DNA of 64,000 nt from Candidatus Omnitrophota bacterium. GTDB lineage: Bacteria > Omnitrophota > Gorgyraeia > Gygaellales > Profunditerraquicolaceae. The notes beneath the pieces are model-generated. The model was not told the origin of the DNA. It made no database searches and saw nothing but the letters and a program-made list of their open reading frames with translations. This document shows positions 63,001-64,000 of this stretch, in pieces. Where the stretch lies: contig JASEHM010000001.1 of NCBI GenBank assembly GCA_030018895.1, forward strand, positions 2,199-66,198, given 5' to 3'. The translations under genes and the position numbers were made by a program. Position 1 is the stretch's first letter; every line of letters begins with the position of its first letter.

Positions 63001-63999
63001 CTGGTGATTGTACCGGAGGCAAGGGGAAAAATTTTAGCTATAACCAATAGTTCGGATTCCGAGCTATGGCTTAATGAGGAGCTGGCAAAGTTAAAGAAAA
63101 AAGGCACGAAAATAACAGGTCGGATACTTTTCAATGCCGGACAAGAGGCCAAGGAAAAATTAAATGAGTTCCTTGAAAGGGAAATAGGCATCAAATTCAC
63201 CGATCTGAAAAGGCCGTTAGCCGGGTTGGTGCGCCGCTGGGTGGAATACAAAGAGCAGATTATATTCCGCGATATCATGGAATGGTTGGTTGGCGATAGG
63301 GAAGATACCGAGAAGATATACTATTTGCCTTGGAGTGTTGCTGCCGAGCAGATACTTTTCGAAGCGAGGCTGGATGTGGATAGGATTTTCGAAGAGTTGG
63401 TCAAAAAAAATTATATAACGCAGGAATTTTGCGTTAAAGATATCTCCCGAAAATTAGACCAGGATTTTAAAGCCGCTTTTCCGAAATACGGCGAGTCGGA
63501 ATTTGATAAAATTGAGGCTGTTTTACAGTCTGCTATTGAAGGTAAGAAGCTTGCGGTGAATCATGGGTTAGGTATGAATGTCCTTTTAGGCGGGGTTGGG
63601 CGCGACGAGGTCGGCAAGAAATGGTTTGAGCAATTTGAACAGTTAGCTCAAGAAGAGAAATTCAAGGGTAAGTTTATAATGCTTAAAGGTTTGGATATTG
63701 AAAAAATGAAGCTTGCCACGCAGGCAGTTGATGTATGGGTAAGCGAGCCGCGGTCGACGAGAGAGGCAAGCGGGACCAGCGATCATCGCCCTGCCTTTAA
63801 CGGCCATCTTAATATCGCTACCTTAACCGGCGGACCAATGGAATACATTAAGCACGGGACTAATGGCTGGCTGATGGATGTTTTTGCTGGGACAGGTTAT
63901 TCTTTTGTCGATCTTGTCTGCGCCATGCAGGGAGGTGATCGGTATGCGGAGGTGGTACAGCTGTATCGAGCGCGTTCACAGCGGCTCCTCGGTAAATAC
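1..63999 (+). CDS. Giant multidomain membrane-anchored protein, partial at both ends (at least 21,333 aa)
   Basis: Frame +1 translates without a stop wherever I read it, from LQILTYLKGF at 1 to RLLGKY at 63999. The ORF track contains no +1-frame ORF, as expected if that frame never stops. Recognisable domains fall in frame +1 throughout. Confidence 0.95.
617..688. repeat. REP/RPE-like palindromic dimer (CGTC-type) translated in frame
   Basis: atgtcattcccgcgaaagagggaatcca...tggatgcccgctttcgcgggcatgacat inverted repeat; translates VIPAKEGIQ...WMPAFAGMT. Confidence 0.85.
5800..7920 (+). other. Gly/Ala-rich multi-helix hydrophobic block (putative membrane-inserting region)
   Basis: Long runs such as AGVGVGATALVVTGCVFAAPVILAGGAVGAVG and GAIIGAGIGFGYG. 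Confidence 0.65.
9990..11520 (+). other. Divergent SecA-like DEAD/helicase motor domain
   Basis: Colinear SecA motifs: QKAGGAKS (Walker A, cf. MKTGEGKT), VVFSMENFGHLRN (cf. TYGTNNEFGFDYLRD), RFDEFHIPFSDKATFILS (cf. DEVDSILIDEARTPLIIS), VLGASGT (cf. LAGMTGT), ISNQRGATGIDY (cf. ATNMAGRGTDI), LLQAINRNLR (cf. NQLRGRSGR). Confidence 0.8.
14200..14400 (+). other. Zincin-like HExxH metallopeptidase motif region
   Basis: GVLLNP...VALFHEITHSF, with HEITH at 14281-14295. Confidence 0.5.
15178..15240. mobile_element. Left end of GTAACAGTTCAGC MITE followed by a REP half
   Basis: gtaacagttcagcccccggaag then gtcattgcgaggagcggcagcgacgaagcaatct. Confidence 0.7.
16396..16669. repeat. Cluster of CGTC-type REP palindromes ending in a MITE right TIR
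   Basis: cgtcattgcgag...ctcgcaatgac dimer (16396-16464), further gtcattgcc/gtcattccgag...ctcgggatgac units, then gcttccgaaggctgaactgttac. Confidence 0.8.
17144..17323 (+). pseudogene. Fossil small ORF in frame +2 nested in the giant gene
   Basis: tataat-caaggagg-aaaaa-ATG; reads MLKLIEF*NQMRTLETQYAIQYLNQMRQNCHLWEQKERQLKALLSRSQTMSRKLNITMA* with one internal TAA at 17165. Confidence 0.4.
17416..17491 (+). promoter_or_regulatory. Stem-loop leader upstream of nested ORF 17511
   Basis: tttgttgtttctagcagcctcc pairs with ggagctgctagagcaacaaa; inner tcccag/ctggga stem; RBS GGAGG follows at 17500-17504. Confidence 0.6.
17511..17780 (+). CDS. Nested (overprinted) 89-aa hypothetical protein, frame +3
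   Basis: GGAGG 6 nt before ATG; globular-looking sequence; resembles the nested ORF at 41568 (FLINEETGSVRVRNGSANTWEEL vs FLIQSNGEVKGRTHDNWQLL). Confidence 0.6.
   Translation: MCPIKFNELQFNHIVESATGPTVFAAARENGSRHFRLFLINEETGSVRVRNGSANTWEELWGSAHDSIINCLIASRNSCILTYRTRTGF
18780..19110 (+). other. Degenerate zincin-like domain
   Basis: VALAQELFHAEQF (HExxH changed to QExxH) with downstream FEKPAFDY; preceded by a signal-like segment and followed by a TM helix. Confidence 0.5.
19294..19429. mobile_element. MITE (136 bp) with TIRs, 8-bp TSD and an internal REP dimer
   Basis: gtaatagttcagctcttggaagc ... gcttccaagcgctgaactgttac; direct repeat ttaaaaaa at 19286-19293 and 19430-19437; 136+8=144 bp keeps the frame. 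Confidence 0.9.
19600..21270 (+). other. Polytopic membrane region
   Basis: Many hydrophobic helices, e.g. YLVILAFVVAFAAAYLM, VSVIVFLIVSLVLIT, LVAIIITAFVFIPLIPVFVVFYPY. Confidence 0.7.
21880..22069 (+). repeat. Tandem array of six REP-end-derived units (27/33 bp)
   Basis: gcaatgacg core (one gcgatgacg variant) at 21908, 21935, 21968, 22001, 22028, 22061; spacings 27, 33, 33, 27, 33. Confidence 0.85.
22090..22443 (+). other. M23/LytM peptidase domain (NlpD-like)
   Basis: WQMP...HEGLDFRASEGTPI...GYGKVVIINH...TLYAHNQENLVKIGDKVEKGQKIGLVGKSG...EMLHFEIR. Confidence 0.93.
23359..23532 (+). other. LysM domain
   Basis: TYTVRKGDTLWRLF...WNDIYQLNPQI...IIYPGENIKI, following a signal-peptide-like segment. 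Confidence 0.88.
23637..23785. mobile_element. MITE copy (homologue of 42976-43138) with eroded left end
   Basis: ttcagaagtaaatcagggtgtcattc...gttttcacgggggtaaactccagcgggaat...gaggcgagaacttc...gctgaactgttac closely matches 42990-43138. Confidence 0.85.
26500..30000 (+). other. Tyr/Asp/Gly-rich beta-hairpin repeat region (YD/RHS-like)
   Basis: Recurrent YDASGK, FDAQGR, YIYDG, DFQGRI, NKYGNP turns between short beta strands. Confidence 0.4.
31260..34600 (+). other. GT48 1,3-beta-glucan (FKS/callose) synthase-like module with TM helices
   Basis: Colinear with FKS/CalS motifs: EEFNDLF, KDMSSEP..ELRSFVIQ, SYPDQWQVFVER, EEWFNLNIQS, RMRGEINFSLDWDH, DIFSRPIS, ILFYGK, SVQEDAF, ILKG, WGFY, KFIRTG. 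Confidence 0.82.
35377..37395 (+). other. Fkp/FPGT-type fucose-1-phosphate guanylyltransferase-like domain, copy 1
   Basis: VADPP...FGNG, LHGGGQSARNPKYTQIGK (cf. LHAGGQSRRLPAYAPSGK), YGDAL, FVEK, GEWLDTG, LWGLQD, ARIFP. Confidence 0.8.
37978..39996 (+). other. Fkp/FPGT-type fucose-1-phosphate guanylyltransferase-like domain, copy 2
   Basis: Same sequence as copy 1 at +2601. Confidence 0.8.
40330..41325 (+). other. Glycogen synthase (GT5, GlgA-like) N-terminal half
   Basis: KVGGIADVAEGLP, VTPYY, PDVLLLSDWQTGLL, INNEAYRGQF, VTVSQAYAREI, GILNG, AKRLLQ; the C-terminal Rossmann half is absent. Confidence 0.88.
41419..41510 (+). promoter_or_regulatory. Long stem-loop followed by a U-tract, upstream of nested ORF 41568
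   Basis: agctccttgccttctggct (41419-37) pairs with agccagagggcagggagtt (41488-506) using G-U pairs, followed by tttt. Confidence 0.6.
41568..41792 (+). CDS. Nested (overprinted) 74-aa hypothetical protein, frame +3
   Basis: AAGGAGG at 41555-61, 6 nt before ATG. Frame +3 looks protein-like, while frame +1 over the same bases is Cys/Arg/Leu-rich off-frame-type sequence. Confidence 0.65.
   Translation: MYRLREVQIRSFEVLQENKGIFVLAGFPGWHSTYDFLIQSNGEVKGRTHDNWQLLTDETAEIIKGKFKEVLTRN
42070..42495 (+). other. Histidine kinase HATPase_c domain
   Basis: N box EIFQNSVKH, G1 IIDNGEGI, G2 GRGL, terminal GKGTRVRFFLP. Confidence 0.9.
42631..42975 (+). other. Response-regulator receiver domain
   Basis: ILVVDDE, VLIDYTLPGGDG (Asp at 42787), IMTG, PKPF. 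Confidence 0.95.
42976..43138. mobile_element. MITE (163 bp) with TIRs, 8-bp TSD and an internal REP dimer
   Basis: gtaacagttcagc ... gctgaactgttac; direct repeat aagaagcg at 42968-42975 and 43139-43146; 163+8=171 bp keeps the frame. Confidence 0.92.
43179..43272. repeat. CGTC-type REP dimer
   Basis: gtcattgcgag...gaagcaatc / gattgcttc...gcaatgac. Confidence 0.8.
44455..44949 (+). other. GGDEF diguanylate cyclase domain
   Basis: TDSRTGLYN, MLDIDHFKNFNDTYGHLIGD, I-site RKTD, RYGGEEF, TISIG, ADQAVYIAKAKGRN. Confidence 0.97.
45030..45530 (+). other. Degenerate HipA/PI3-PI4-kinase-like fold
   Basis: GGKEG loop, YIIK, EEFAYWVSQKAGL, LHAYLASQD...LILF...IGTLDLG; the DRHxxN motif is not intact. 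Confidence 0.45.
46372..46490 (+). other. Fis-like helix-turn-helix
   Basis: IKLIKECYGNCREIAKAVKELGVEITFQGVASYI. Confidence 0.45.
49240..50700 (+). other. Degenerate GlpX (class II FBPase)-like domain plus TPR-like helices, copy 1
   Basis: LEPGEILGYG, LPLE, LPPGYFFK, LFREYN, NDDW, VMGIGGMPQ, YGITLDTVF; helical repeats follow. Confidence 0.7.
52300..52680 (+). other. Lytic transglycosylase/lysozyme-like (SLT) domain
   Basis: IYHES (Glu at 52345), RGLAQIKVGTA, ANYNG; hydrophobic signal-like segment upstream at about 51985. Confidence 0.7.
52845..52957 (+). repeat. Dispersed linker repeat, copy A (also 61443-61558, partial at 54936)
   Basis: ggaaactgtttccagcgcaatc...gacataagctgttctgctttg...ggttcgccagttagccggtt. 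Confidence 0.9.
53215..53269. mobile_element. Minimal TIR-only MITE hairpin
   Basis: ccgaag-gtaacagttcagcgtttggaa-g-ttccaagcgctgaactgttac-cttcgg; near-perfect inverted repeat with no TSD. Confidence 0.8.
53707..54480 (+). other. Sigma-70 (RpoD/RpoS-like) regions 2-4
   Basis: [88 protein letters not shown]. Confidence 0.93.
55440..57400 (+). other. PTS Enzyme I (PtsI/PtsP)-like domain
   Basis: GTPQAHYALLA (His at 56362), IINPS, GIGLVRTE, FRVIDYQPDK, VMFPMV, IGIMVE, FFSVGSNDL, SLCGDLA. Confidence 0.92.
57660..57960 (+). other. HPr-like domain (divergent)
   Basis: KGFHAYAQ (cf. GLHARPA), directly after Enzyme I, HPr-sized segment. Confidence 0.5.
58165..59720 (+). other. Degenerate GlpX-like domain plus TPR-like helices, copy 2
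   Basis: ELGVG, LPLD, LPDCYFLK, KSIKDLKIGVLCRPYN, NDDW, DGFMGIGGYPE; then LAFACAEAGDYHLANEYLKKAL. Confidence 0.72.
60676..61290 (+). other. Degenerate HAD (Cof/IIB-type) phosphatase domain
   Basis: YVFDMNG (motif I), GGTSR, IDRGDVL, VVGNSRADLFML (cf. GDSxNDxxML). Confidence 0.6.
61443..61558 (+). repeat. Dispersed linker repeat, copy B
   Basis: Matches 52845-52957 with a few substitutions and a 3-bp insertion. Confidence 0.9.
62278..63999 (+). other. Alpha-glucan phosphorylase (GT35)-like domain, running off the window
   Basis: SGGLGFLAGE, RFNEAQ, FTTHTP, NGVSQEHG, AITN, VRRWVEYK, VDVW..PR..REASGTS, NGHLN, NGW. Confidence 0.92.
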
Positions 64000-64000
64000 T

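Noticed and set aside
189-63278. The many short minus-strand ORFs in the track
   Set aside because: They are Ser/Phe/Leu/Ile-rich antisense shadows of the Lys/Glu-rich frame +1 gene, with no recognisable motifs.
1-64000. Alternative genetic code (stop reassignment) as the reason for missing long ORFs
   Set aside because: Frame +1 is open in the standard code wherever read; the ORF is missing only because it has no stop in the window.
1-64000. rRNA, tRNA, transposase or integrase genes
   Set aside because: None recognised on either strand; the hairpins seen are REP/MITE or leader structures.

Overview
The whole 64 kb window is the interior of one giant protein-coding gene on the + strand, frame 1. 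It has 21,333 codons, no stop that I could find and no start or end in view, which is why the ORF track misses it; almost all listed ORFs are antisense or off-frame shadows. The protein is a string of modules. In order: beta-rich region, Gly-rich membrane block, SecA-like ATPase, zincin-like units, M23/LytM, LysM, YD-like beta repeats, a eukaryote-type GT48 (FKS/callose synthase-like) glucan synthase, a tandemly duplicated Fkp-type fucose-1-P guanylyltransferase module, half a glycogen synthase, HATPase + receiver, GGDEF, kinase-like, GlpX+TPR (twice), SLT-like, sigma-70, PTS EI, HPr, HAD and glucan phosphorylase. This architecture fits the giant proteins known from Omnitrophota (an inference, not shown by the sequence). 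The structure beyond the domains is the most unusual part: (1) two probably related small genes, each with its own RBS and upstream stem-loop, overprinted in frame 3; (2) a MITE family (TIR GTAACAGTTCAGC, 8-bp target duplications) carrying REP palindromes and inserted in frame; (3) a recurring Ser-Ser-Pro motif at module borders; (4) catalytic residues lost in many enzyme domains. Domain calls come from manual translation and motif recognition only, with no database search.
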